In this document: in pieces, positions 19,556-28,296 of the stretch
Numbering within the stretch: position 1 is the stretch's first letter
Layout: the number at the start of each line of letters is the position of its first letter
DNA from: an uncultured Pirellulales bacterium
Lineage (GTDB): Bacteria; Planctomycetota; Phycisphaerae; Sedimentisphaerales; Anaerobacaceae
Reading direction: 5' to 3'
DNA length: 64,000 nt
Assembly (NCBI GenBank): GCA_964346195.1
Contig: CAYFUB010000097.1
Location: forward strand, 4,688-68,687
Made by a program: the position numbers and the translations under genes
The notes under the pieces: model-generated
What the model was told of the DNA's origin: nothing
The model's input: only the letters and a program-made list of their open reading frames with translations
Database searches by the model: none

Positions 19556-19683
19556 GAGCCCACCGCGCAAGAATTTTTCCTGATCCGTATTACACCAATG
19601 CAAGAGAGCCATCGCCCAGACCTGCGGTCTTGACGATGCTGCCCAGCGACCAATCATGTTTCGCGTGAACACTTGGCGGATCG

Positions 19684-22600
19684 CTAATCTCCGTACCCTG
19701 GAGAGCCACCGACATGAGTACTGGGACGCCAGACACTCTTCTGGTCGAGAGTGCCGGGATCGGTTATGGGGGGGTCCGCAACGGTGAGCGAGAAACCCGA
19801 GCCGTCAGTAACTCTGTACCAGTCGTCCTCAAACCGAAAGTTGTGGATGACCTGTCCGGCGGCGTCCTGCAGCTCAACGCGCTCGCCGCCATTGTCAAGA
19901 CTCCCGGCGTACGCACCGACAATGGGCAAGCCCGGCCCGTACACGGCTTCAAAGGCGGCGATGTCCCTGACGACGAGCACGTACCCGCCTGGCGCCAACT
20001 CGAAGCCTGGGAAGGTGAAGTCGACGCCATCCGTGAACTTGACGAGATTGAGATTGATGGTCCCGGCGCCGACGTTGGTCAACTCGATGAATTCGGCGTT
20101 CGGGTCGGGCGGGTGGTACATGATCTCACTGATGCGCAGGCTCTCCGCCACCGGCCCGACCGCAAAGACCGCTTCGGTCAGCCCGCTCCACGGGCTATAG
20201 GGATTACCGGTTACCAGCACGCGCGCCTTGATTTGGGTGCTTTTGTTGAGAGTGATGGGCCCGGCGTACTCGCGAACGGCCCCGGGCAGGCCATCATCGA
20301 CCGGAGAGCTGCGCCGGCCGGCGATCAACTCGATGGAAAAGAGGAGGTCCGAGCTCGTACGCGATGAATTCAGGCCCTGAATGGCAAGCAGGTTCGGCCC
20401 CTGCTTCAGCAGGCCCGCCCCGGCGGAAACGTCGAATTCCTCGAAGGCCATCGCCGCCGAATCGTCATGATTGCCGTCGGCGGTGGAATTCCACGTCGGC
20501 GTGCCGGTGAACAGCGCTCGCTGGATCTCGACGCCGTTGAGCCAGGCGATGAAGCCGTCGTCATAGCGCATGTTCAAAACCATGAAATTGAACGTGCCCG
20601 GGTCCCCCGAGACAATGAACGGTATGCGGATATAGCAGCTTGTGCGGCTTCCGTACATCTGGTCGCCGAGGTCGATGCCCAGGAGGTTCTGGTAACCGCT
20701 GCCCCGTTCGTAGCCGACGCCGCCGGCGCCGCTGAGCCAGCTCGAGTCGTCGAAGTTGCCACCGCCGCGCCAGGCCTCATCGACCGGCCCCGCAGGCACG
20801 AGCGCTCGTTTGGGCGCATTCTCGGGCACCAGGGTGGACGACTCCAGGATGGTCGAGGTTACGCCGGGAGGACGCGGGTCCGAGCCGTCGAGTGTGTAGT
20901 ACAGCAGGCCGTTGGCGTGAGGATTTGTCAGGCTCACCACGCTGCCGGCCGCGAGATGGCCCCCGTCGGGGAGAATTCCCGGTGGGGCGACGAATTGACC
21001 ATCGACCCACGTGCATCGCGTCTGGAGCCACTGTTTGAGGTGGTCGATCTCGCCCTGGAAGCCGCCGAAGCGCGGGCCCTGCCCGCTCCATCTCTGGAAG
21101 TTGCGGGCCTGAGCCTCCCGAATCTCGTCGGCCATCGCGTCAATCGTGGCATTGAGACTCGCCGTGCTGAATGGGCCCTGGCGCAGCACATACCATCGAT
21201 CGATGTACCTCTGCCAGAATTCGGCGTCCTCGAACAGCCGGTCCCACCAGACAAACCTGTGATAGTCGGTTGCGTCTCCCGTTCCATGCCAGGTCCGGGC
21301 GTTGTCGTCGCGGCCGTCCGTGGAATCCAGCGCCCGGTCGAAATCCCAGAGCGGGCCCATTTCGAGTCGGCCGTTACGGGCCTTGTACAGGAAGGTGCTC
21401 AGGCGCAGGGCGTCCACATTCATCGCCAGCATGTTGAGCAGGTTGTGGTCGATGAAGGAATCCGCATCGATGTACCGTGCATAGCCGGTCCGGGGATTCG
21501 CAAAGTCCGGTCCGTAGAGCGCGTCTTCAAAAGCATCGAGATGGCCTCTGATCCACGCGGACTGTGCCGCTGTGATTTCCACTTCCTTCGGGTCAACATA
21601 GCAGAACGTCCCGCCGCCGAAGGTCGGGTTCCCCCGGGCCGTGCGAAAACCGGTGTCGCCCGGATCGCGCCGGTCGATCTTCAGCATGTACCCGCCGGCA
21701 ATCCTGGGCTCGGTGCTGTCCCAGGGCTCCAGCTTCTCGATATTGACACGTTCCGCGCCGCGTTTGATCTTCTCCATGAGAATGTACAGCCCAACGTAGT
21801 CGCTCGCCGATACCGTGTCATCGTTGGTGTTGAGATACATCTCGACGAATCGGGTGCGAACCGCGTACCGGCCGACCTGATTGCTTAAATCGAACACGAA
21901 CGCGTTGTTGATCAGCGCGCGGTCGTAATTGTACGGGCTGTACAGGATCCAGTCGGAATCGGCGGGCAGGCCCAGGATGGAAACATCGCGGTCCTGGTCG
22001 TTCTCGTCTCGCACTTCGAGTGCGTACGAGGGTTTGGCGGTCCCCTGCGTACTGGAGCCGCGTCTCTTGATCGCGGCCCGACCGTGGAAATCCGGCGGGT
22101 CCGTGATCCTCGCGCGCCCCTGAGCCCCTGTGTCTATGACAACGGCAGAGACCTTGACAAAATTGCCGCCGATGCTTCGGCGGCCCGTGTCGACGAGCAC
22201 AACCGGCAGGTTGGAGCTGAAGCCCAGAACCTCGTAGGAAAGGGCGATATACGTTTGGCTCACCACCGTGCTCGGGGCTTTGCCCGGCTCATAGGCGCGG
22301 GCGACGATTTCCTTCGTCCCGACGATTGGGATAGGGGCCTGGTACCTTGGGGAGCCAAGGGTGGGGACCTGGCCGTCCAGGGTGAACCGGATCTCGGCCG
22401 CCGGGCCGGGCGAGCTCAGCTCCAGAAGGAAGTAATCGACAAACGTGCCGGGCGGGCGTGAAAAGACGGGCTCCGCCGATATCTCAACGTACCCCGGACT
22501 GTTGGCCCGGCCCGGCGACGGCGTGCCGAAGTACTGCTCTTGATTGCCATAGAGACCATACGAGAGATCGGCACGCTGGGGAGGAAAACCTCTGTCGGCC

Positions 22601-23148
22601 CCGCCGCCCGTGCGTGAGCCGTATTCGTGGGCCACTTGCCCGTCCGGCCCGACCAGGGCCAGGTACTCGCCCGCGCCGTCCAGGGAGAAGTTCGCGTGGT
22701 ACTACCCTGCCTGGTCCCGATAGGGCCAATTCTCCGGATGGTCCTGTTCCTGAATCCCGGAAGCGAAAAACACCAGGAATCCGCCCGCCACGACAGGAAC
22801 GGCGGGCAGTGCCCATTTCGTCAGGTCATCCGGATCGTCCGTCAGATACCATCCACCAAGGGTGACCGGCTCGGTCCCGCGATTGTGGATTTCGATCCAA
22901 TCGGGAGGGGACACCGTCTTGCCTGCGACGATGGTCGAGATCCCTGTCTCATTGATAGCCTGGAACTCGCTGATAACCACCGGTGAGTCCGGAGGATGGG
23001 CGTAATCTCCCGGGGAGGCGAGGCCCGTCCGCGTCGCTATTTGCCCTGTCAACAGAACCGCTATCAACAGGAACAAGCTTTTTTCATTCGCTGGTCGCGG
23101 CCAACGCCAAAATCGCAGGGAAACCGACAATCGTGCAAGTCCGAACAT
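19684..23148 (-). pseudogene. second LTD - CotH - LTD paralogue, reading frame interrupted by a single in-frame TAG (22702-22704)
   Basis: Track ORFs 22702-23148 and 19684-22635 are in the same frame. Translating through gives ...ENWPYRDQAG*YHANFSLDGAGEYLALVGPDGQVAHEYG..., colinear with ...YVDTKGYLHTNFALDRGGEYLALVDPGGAVVHEYAP... of the intact paralogue. There are no other disruptions across about 1150 codons. Confidence 0.6.
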
Positions 23149-23378
23149 TTTTCATCCATCCTCTCTCAGGGGCGGTGCCGTCGGAACTCGACTTTCCGCC
23201 GATTCGGGCACTCTGCGACACGGAACAACTCCGTCGAAGCCATTGTAGCCAGTGGGCCCGGTCAGGTCAACGCACGCGGCTGCTCGTGACTGTCGCGACA
23301 CGATAAGGAGTCGCGCGTGTGGCCCTTACCGGGGCTCTATCCCTTGTGAGAATTTTTTTTATTTTTCAACATATGGTA

Positions 23379-23411
23379 TTGACCAAACGGTCAGAAATGA
23401 CTATATAGTCA
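23379..23411 (+). promoter_or_regulatory. promoter with two palindromic operator-like sites upstream of tetR-kamA operon
   Basis: TTGACC (23379-23384), 17-nt spacer, TATATA (23402-23407). Palindromes TGACCaaacGGTCA (23380-23393) and the perfect TGACTATATAGTCA (23398-23411) overlap the -35 and -10. A T-rich tract lies at 23353-23367. Confidence 0.5.
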
Positions 23412-23414
23412 CGT

Positions 23415-24053
23415 GTGGACGATATGGTCACACAACCTGATATACCGAATCGCACGCAGCGGCGGGTGTCCAAGACGCGAAACCGCCTGCTTAAAGCGGC
23501 ATTGGCGGTCTTTGCCGAGGTGGGGACCGATGCGGCTACGATCGAGATGATTACGCAACGGGCGGACCTGGGCAAGGGAACGTTCTACCGGCATTTTGCC
23601 GATAAGGGCGAAATCATCGGGATGCTCATCGAGCAGTGTGTCGACGAACTGGTGGAAGCCATATCCCAAGCCGCGGGCCAGCCGCACTCGCTGCAAGAGG
23701 CGCTCGACGCATTGGTCAATGGTCACGTGGAGTTCTTTCTGAGTCATCAGGATGAATATATTCTGTTGTTCCAGGGGCGCATGCTGTTGAAGTTGGACCG
23801 CGGATTGGCGTGTGATATCGAGCGGCCGTACGAAAGTTACCTGCACCGTGTCGAAGAACTGGTCGGGCCCTTCCTGCCCCAACCCGTGGACGCCGTGAAA
23901 ATCAGGCGTCTGGCGTGCGCCATCGCGGGTCTCGTGTCGGGATTCTTGTCCTTTGCCATGATTACCATGGAGCCCCAGGCCGTCAGAGAAAGCATCGAGC
24001 CGATGCGCGGCGCTTTTCTCGGCGCCGTGGTCGGCTTCATGGAGCGGCGTTAG
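23415..24053 (+). CDS. TetR/AcrR-family transcriptional regulator
   Basis: N-terminal HTH: RTQRRVSKTRNRLLKAALAVFAEVGTDAATIEMITQRADLGKGTFYRHFADKGEII. The start is GTG 23415 or ATG 23424. Confidence 0.9.
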   Translation: MDDMVTQPDIPNRTQRRVSKTRNRLLKAALAVFAEVGTDAATIEMITQRADLGKGTFYRHFADKGEIIGMLIEQCVDELVEAISQAAGQPHSLQEALDALVNGHVEFFLSHQDEYILLFQGRMLLKLDRGLACDIERPYESYLHRVEELVGPFLPQPVDAVKIRRLACAIAGLVSGFLSFAMITMEPQAVRESIEPMRGAFLGAVVGFMERR

Positions 24054-24095
24054 TTACGGATCTTTTTATGGCCACTGAAGCAAACGAGAAAGGAA

Positions 24096-25457
24096 ATGAG
24101 AATCATGTCTATGTGCTCTGCAAACGGAGGCGATGATTCCTGTCATGGAGATACCTCCCTGTGTGCGGTCGAGGAAGAGCCTCCGTCGATAACGGCGGCA
24201 CGCACAGATACCGAGGCCGCCATTTGCCGGTCGAAAGGCTGGAGCGACTGGCGCTGGCAAATGGCCAATCGAATCAGGACGCCTCAACAATTATCGTCAG
24301 CCTTCCCGCGCCTGGTCAGAAGTCCCGACTTGACTTCTGTGGTGGCCAAATATCCCATGGCGATTACGCCGTACTATGCGTCGCTGATTCGTCGTGCGGA
24401 CAGCTCCGACCCCATCTTTCGGATGTGCGTGCCTCAGGTCCAGGAACTGAGCGATCCGCCGTTCCTGACGCTCGACCCTCTGGAGGAATGCAGAGACATG
24501 CCGGTCCCCGGGATGATTCACCGCTACCCGGACCGCGCGCTGGTCATCGCCACCACCATGTGTTCGACCTACTGTCGGCATTGCACGCGCAAGCGGATCG
24601 CCGGAACGCGCGAGACCAGCATCACGAGGCGGCGTCTCGAACAGATCGCCGCCTATCTCACGGAGCACCCGCAGATCAGCGATGTGATTGTTTCGGGTGG
24701 GGACCCGCTGACCATGAGCACTGAACAGCTCGAGACGGTGTTGTCGCGATTACGCCAGGTGCCCTCCGTACAGATCATCCGCATCGGTACGCGCGTGCCG
24801 GTGGTGCTACCCCAGCGTGTCACCGATGAGTTGTGTCAGATGCTGCGCACGTATCACCCGGTGTGGATCAACACCCATTTCAATCATCCGCAGGAGTTGA
24901 CCGGGGAGTCGGTACAGGCCTGCAATCGCCTCGCCGACGCCGGTATCCCGCTGGGCAATCAGTCGGTCCTGCTGCGCGGGGTCAACGATTGTCCTCAGAT
25001 CATCGAGCGGCTCTGCCGCAGTCTGGTGCGCATGCGGGTCAGGCCGTACTACCTGTACCAGTGCGACCTCGTACGCGGAGTGGAGCATTTCCGCACGCCG
25101 TTGTCGCGCGGCATCGAGATCATGGAGTACTTGCGCGGCCGACTCAGCGGTCTGGCGATCCCCACCTTTGTCGTGGATGCCCCGCACGGCGGCGGCAAGA
25201 TCCCGGTCCTGCCGACCTATGTGGTCACCCAAAGTCCGACCCACACGGTGCTGAGAAACTGCGAGGGCATGCTGATTGCTTATCCCGAGCCGCGCCCGGA
25301 GTTCGGAGATCAGTGTCCAGCCCCACAGGAGGCCTCTGCGCCCGGGGTGTGGGAATTGACGGCGGGATATTACACTCGCATTCAGCCGAAGGAGACTTTG
25401 CGTCTCGCACGACGCCAACCGCACTGTGCGTCAGACGAATCGGTCGGAGATTTTTGA
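24096..25457 (+). CDS. kamA: KamA-family radical SAM aminomutase (lysine 2,3-aminomutase-like)
   Basis: CSTYCRHC (CxxxCxxC, 24561-24584). WRWQMANRI opening. SGGDPL. PYYLYQCDLVRGVEHFRTP. PLP-lysine context PTFVVDAPHGGGKIPV. Confidence 0.85.
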   Translation: MRIMSMCSANGGDDSCHGDTSLCAVEEEPPSITAARTDTEAAICRSKGWSDWRWQMANRIRTPQQLSSAFPRLVRSPDLTSVVAKYPMAITPYYASLIRRADSSDPIFRMCVPQVQELSDPPFLTLDPLEECRDMPVPGMIHRYPDRALVIATTMCSTYCRHCTRKRIAGTRETSITRRRLEQIAAYLTEHPQISDVIVSGGDPLTMSTEQLETVLSRLRQVPSVQIIRIGTRVPVVLPQRVTDELCQMLRTYHPVWINTHFNHPQELTGESVQACNRLADAGIPLGNQSVLLRGVNDCPQIIERLCRSLVRMRVRPYYLYQCDLVRGVEHFRTPLSRGIEIMEYLRGRLSGLAIPTFVVDAPHGGGKIPVLPTYVVTQSPTHTVLRNCEGMLIAYPEPRPEFGDQCPAPQEASAPGVWELTAGYYTRIQPKETLRLARRQPHCASDESVGDF

Positions 25458-25461
25458 GGAA

Positions 25462-26526
25462 ATGAGCAAGACATTGCGGACGGCTACGTCCGAATCAGGC
25501 AGGCGGAGTGACCCGTTGACGATCGGACTGGTCTACGATCTTAGAGACGACTACCTGGCGGAGGGCTTCACCGAGGAACAAGTGGCGGAGTTCGACTCGG
25601 CGGGAACCATAGCCGCCCTGGAAGGGGCCCTGCGGCTCCTCGGCTACTCGGTCGAGCGCATCGGCAACGGTCTGAATCTTGCCAGGCAGCTCGCTTGCGG
25701 CAGGCGGTGGGACCTCGTCTTCAACATTGCTGAGGGTTTGCACGGACGCAACCGCGAGGCCCAGGTGCCGGCCCTGTTGGAGATGTATGGGGTTGCCTAT
25801 ACTTTCTCCGACCCGCTGGTTTGCGCTTTGACTCTGGACAAAGCCATGACCAAGCGGGTGGTCCAGTCAGCGGGCCTGTATACGCCTCGTTTTGGCGTGG
25901 TGACGTCGGTTGACGACGTGAAACGCCTGGAGCTTGAGTTCCCGCTCTTCGCCAAACCCCTGGCCGAAGGTACGGGCAAGGGGGTTGACGAGCATTCCCG
26001 CGTCGGGTCGGCGCAGGCCCTCAAAAGGGTCTGCACCCGCTTGTTGGGGCGGTTTGGCCAGCCGGTCCTCGTGGAAGAGTATCTGCCCGGGCGCGAATTC
26101 ACGGCAGCCGTCCTGGGGACGGGACGGAACGCTGCTGTGCTGGGAACCATGGAAGTGGCCATTCGCAGCGATGCCCCGGCCCAGGATTACTCCTATGAAG
26201 TCAAAGAGCTGTGCGAGCGATACGTGGACTACTTCCCGATGCCGCGCGGGGCCCTGCGGGACCAGGTCGAGAACCTGGCCTTGCGGGCCTACCAGGTGCT
26301 CGAATGTCGTGATACCGGACGCATAGACATCCGTCTGGACGCTCGGGGCCGTCCGGCGTTCATGGAGATCAATCCTTTACCGGGGCTGCACCCGACGCAC
26401 TCAGATCTTCCGATGATCGCCACCCAGGAAGGCATGGCTTACGAAGAACTTGTCAGTCGCATCGTTGCCAGTGCTCTTACCCGTCAGGAGTCAATGCCGT
26501 GCCACGTCGAAAAATCAGCGTCCTGA
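25462..26526 (+). CDS. ATP-grasp ligase, D-alanine--D-alanine ligase-like family
   Basis: ATG lies 4 nt after the kamA stop. Ddl-like pattern: IGLVYDLRDDY...FNIAEGLHGRNREAQVPALLEMYGVAYTFSDPL...DKAMTKRV...FPLFAKPLAEGTGKGV...VLVEEYLPGREF...GRIDIRLD...FMEINPLPGL. Confidence 0.8.
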   Translation: MSKTLRTATSESGRRSDPLTIGLVYDLRDDYLAEGFTEEQVAEFDSAGTIAALEGALRLLGYSVERIGNGLNLARQLACGRRWDLVFNIAEGLHGRNREAQVPALLEMYGVAYTFSDPLVCALTLDKAMTKRVVQSAGLYTPRFGVVTSVDDVKRLELEFPLFAKPLAEGTGKGVDEHSRVGSAQALKRVCTRLLGRFGQPVLVEEYLPGREFTAAVLGTGRNAAVLGTMEVAIRSDAPAQDYSYEVKELCERYVDYFPMPRGALRDQVENLALRAYQVLECRDTGRIDIRLDARGRPAFMEINPLPGLHPTHSDLPMIATQEGMAYEELVSRIVASALTRQESMPCHVEKSAS

Positions 26527-28097
26527 TCCTGTACAACAGTCCACGGTCCTCCGGTCATGGCCATGCCTTCGCTGAAAGCGAGGCTGGCGTCCTGGGCGAG
26601 GTCCGGGCCGTTGGGCAGGCTCTGAACAAGCTGCGCATACCGCACCGGGCGGTCGGTGTGCGCTGGTTTCAGGAACTGCCCGTGATCCTCGCCGCGGCGG
26701 ACGAGCCGGTGGTGTTCAACCTGGTTGAGAGTTTCTGGGCGGACGCGGGAGAGGCCAACCTGGTTCCCACCGTCATACGGAGTTCCGGCAAGGCCTGCAC
26801 GGGTAACAACGCGCACGGTCTGCTGCTGTCTCTGGACAAATGGCAGAGCAAGGTCCTGCTCCAGGCCGCGGGACTCCCCACGCCCCAGGGCCTGATCATC
26901 CGTCCAGGGCGGCGCATCCGTGCGCGGGACCTGTTCGACGGACCCTACATCGTCAAACCGGTGCAGGCCGACGGCAGTGAAGGGATTGACAACACCAATA
27001 TCGTCCGCGGGCGCGGCAGGGCCCTTCGTGAGGTTGTCCGGCACATCCACGATCGACAGGGCCAACCGGCATTGATTGAGCAGTATATCGACGGACGCGA
27101 GTTGAACATCTCCGTGTTTTGTCGTGACGGTACACTGGAGGTGCTGCCTCTTGGCGAAATCGACTTCAGCGCCTTCGAGACAGGACGCCCCCGCATCGTA
27201 GGGTATGAAGCTAAATGGCTCATGGACAGCTTCGAGTACCGTCACACCCCCCATATCGTCCCGGCGCCGCTGCCGAAACGGCTGGCGCAGCGTATCCGCA
27301 AGCTGGCGATAGCCGCCTGCCACGCGCTCGCATGTTTCGAGTACTCCCGCGTGGACTTTCGTTTGGACAAGACCAACCGCCCCTATGTCCTGGAGGTCAA
27401 CGCCAACCCGGACATTTCGCCGGAGGCCGGGTTTGCGGCGGCCCTGCGGGCCGCCGCGATCCCGTACGAGGCCTTTGTGAAGCAGGCTGTCGACAATGCC
27501 TTGGCGCGACTCCGGGATAGTCTCAAGTCGCGAGTCTCAAATCTGAAGTCCTCGCGCTCTATCCATCGCACGTCCGACACTCACCTGCCCATCGAGATCC
27601 GCCGGTGCCGAGCTGAGGACCGGCAGACGGTGCTCTCGTTTCTGGCCGCGACCGGTTTCTTTCGGCCCGACGAGATCGACGTTGCCCGCGAGGTTCTCGA
27701 TGCAGCGCTCGCCGACGGCCCCGAAGGGGATTACCAATCCTTTGTCGCCCGGGTGAAACAGGAAACGACCGGCTGGGTCTGTTTCGGCCCGACGCCCTGT
27801 ACGCTCGGGACTTATGATATCTACTGGATCGGCGTAGCCCCGGCCTGGCAGGGGCGGGGTATCGGCCGGGCACTGACGGCCTTCGCTGAACAGGCGATCT
27901 CCGACCGGGGCGGCCGGCTGTTGGTCGTCGAGACCTCGAGCCGGGAAACGTACCGCCCGACGCGGCAGTTCTACGAGGGCCTGGGCTATCGCGAGGCGGG
28001 GCGAATCACCGAATTCTATGGGCCGGGCGACCACAGGGTCATTCTCGTCAAAGCCGCCAACGGTCAGAGCGATTCGGCCGATGAGAAGCCCCGGTGA
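26499..28097 (+). CDS. bifunctional ATP-grasp ligase (Ddl-like) fused to C-terminal GNAT N-acetyltransferase
   Basis: GTG start overlaps the preceding gene by 28 nt. ATP-grasp part: VFNLVESFWADAGEANLVPTVIRSSGKACTGNN...DKWQSKVLL...YIVKPVQADGSEGI...ALIEQYIDGRELNISV...SRVDFRLD...VLEVNANPD. GNAT part from about 27585: YWIGVAPAWQGRGIGRALTAFAEQ...ETYRPTRQFYEGLGY. Confidence 0.8.
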   Translation: MPRRKISVLILYNSPRSSGHGHAFAESEAGVLGEVRAVGQALNKLRIPHRAVGVRWFQELPVILAAADEPVVFNLVESFWADAGEANLVPTVIRSSGKACTGNNAHGLLLSLDKWQSKVLLQAAGLPTPQGLIIRPGRRIRARDLFDGPYIVKPVQADGSEGIDNTNIVRGRGRALREVVRHIHDRQGQPALIEQYIDGRELNISVFCRDGTLEVLPLGEIDFSAFETGRPRIVGYEAKWLMDSFEYRHTPHIVPAPLPKRLAQRIRKLAIAACHALACFEYSRVDFRLDKTNRPYVLEVNANPDISPEAGFAAALRAAAIPYEAFVKQAVDNALARLRDSLKSRVSNLKSSRSIHRTSDTHLPIEIRRCRAEDRQTVLSFLAATGFFRPDEIDVAREVLDAALADGPEGDYQSFVARVKQETTGWVCFGPTPCTLGTYDIYWIGVAPAWQGRGIGRALTAFAEQAISDRGGRLLVVETSSRETYRPTRQFYEGLGYREAGRITEFYGPGDHRVILVKAANGQSDSADEKPR

Positions 28098-28230
28098 CCG
28101 GGACTTTTGCAGATGCACATCTTGAACCGGTTCCAAAGGGAACTCCATGTCTTCCCTGGCAGGGGCAGATCATCGTTCGCCCCATCCATACCGGTAAGCG
28201 GACGACCCGGACATTCCGGATTCACGCAAT

Positions 28231-28258
28231 TTGAAAGACCGGAAAAGCGTCTTATAAT
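28231..28258 (+). promoter_or_regulatory. candidate sigma70-type promoter for the DUF1549/1553 operon
   Basis: TTGAAA (28231-28236), 16-nt spacer, TATAAT (28253-28258), about 40 nt upstream of ATG 28297. Confidence 0.35.
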
Positions 28259-28296
28259 GGCACCTGCAACTGCGTGAGTTCCGGCGCGTACTGGAT

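Noticed and set aside
22702-22704. TAG decoded as pyrrolysine or another programmed recoding event
   Set aside because: No pyl genes or recoding signals are visible in the window, and I know of no such decoding in this lineage. Nonsense mutation, sequence error or simple leaky readthrough are more parsimonious. It is kept as a finding only because the rest of the gene is intact.
24096-25457. EpmB (EF-P beta-lysylation) assignment for the KamA-family gene
   Set aside because: No EpmA/PoxA or efp gene is nearby, and the genomic partners are ATP-grasp and GNAT enzymes under a TetR regulator. A phylogeny would settle it.
24096-28097. Microviridin/graspetide-type RiPP cluster (two ATP-grasp ligases plus a GNAT, as in MdnB/C/D)
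   Set aside because: No plausible precursor-peptide ORF lies beside the genes. The only small ORF, about 54 codons at 28113, has no RBS and no core-like motif. The ligases look Ddl-like rather than RimK/MdnC-like, and there is no transporter or protease. This cannot be fully excluded without HMM searches.
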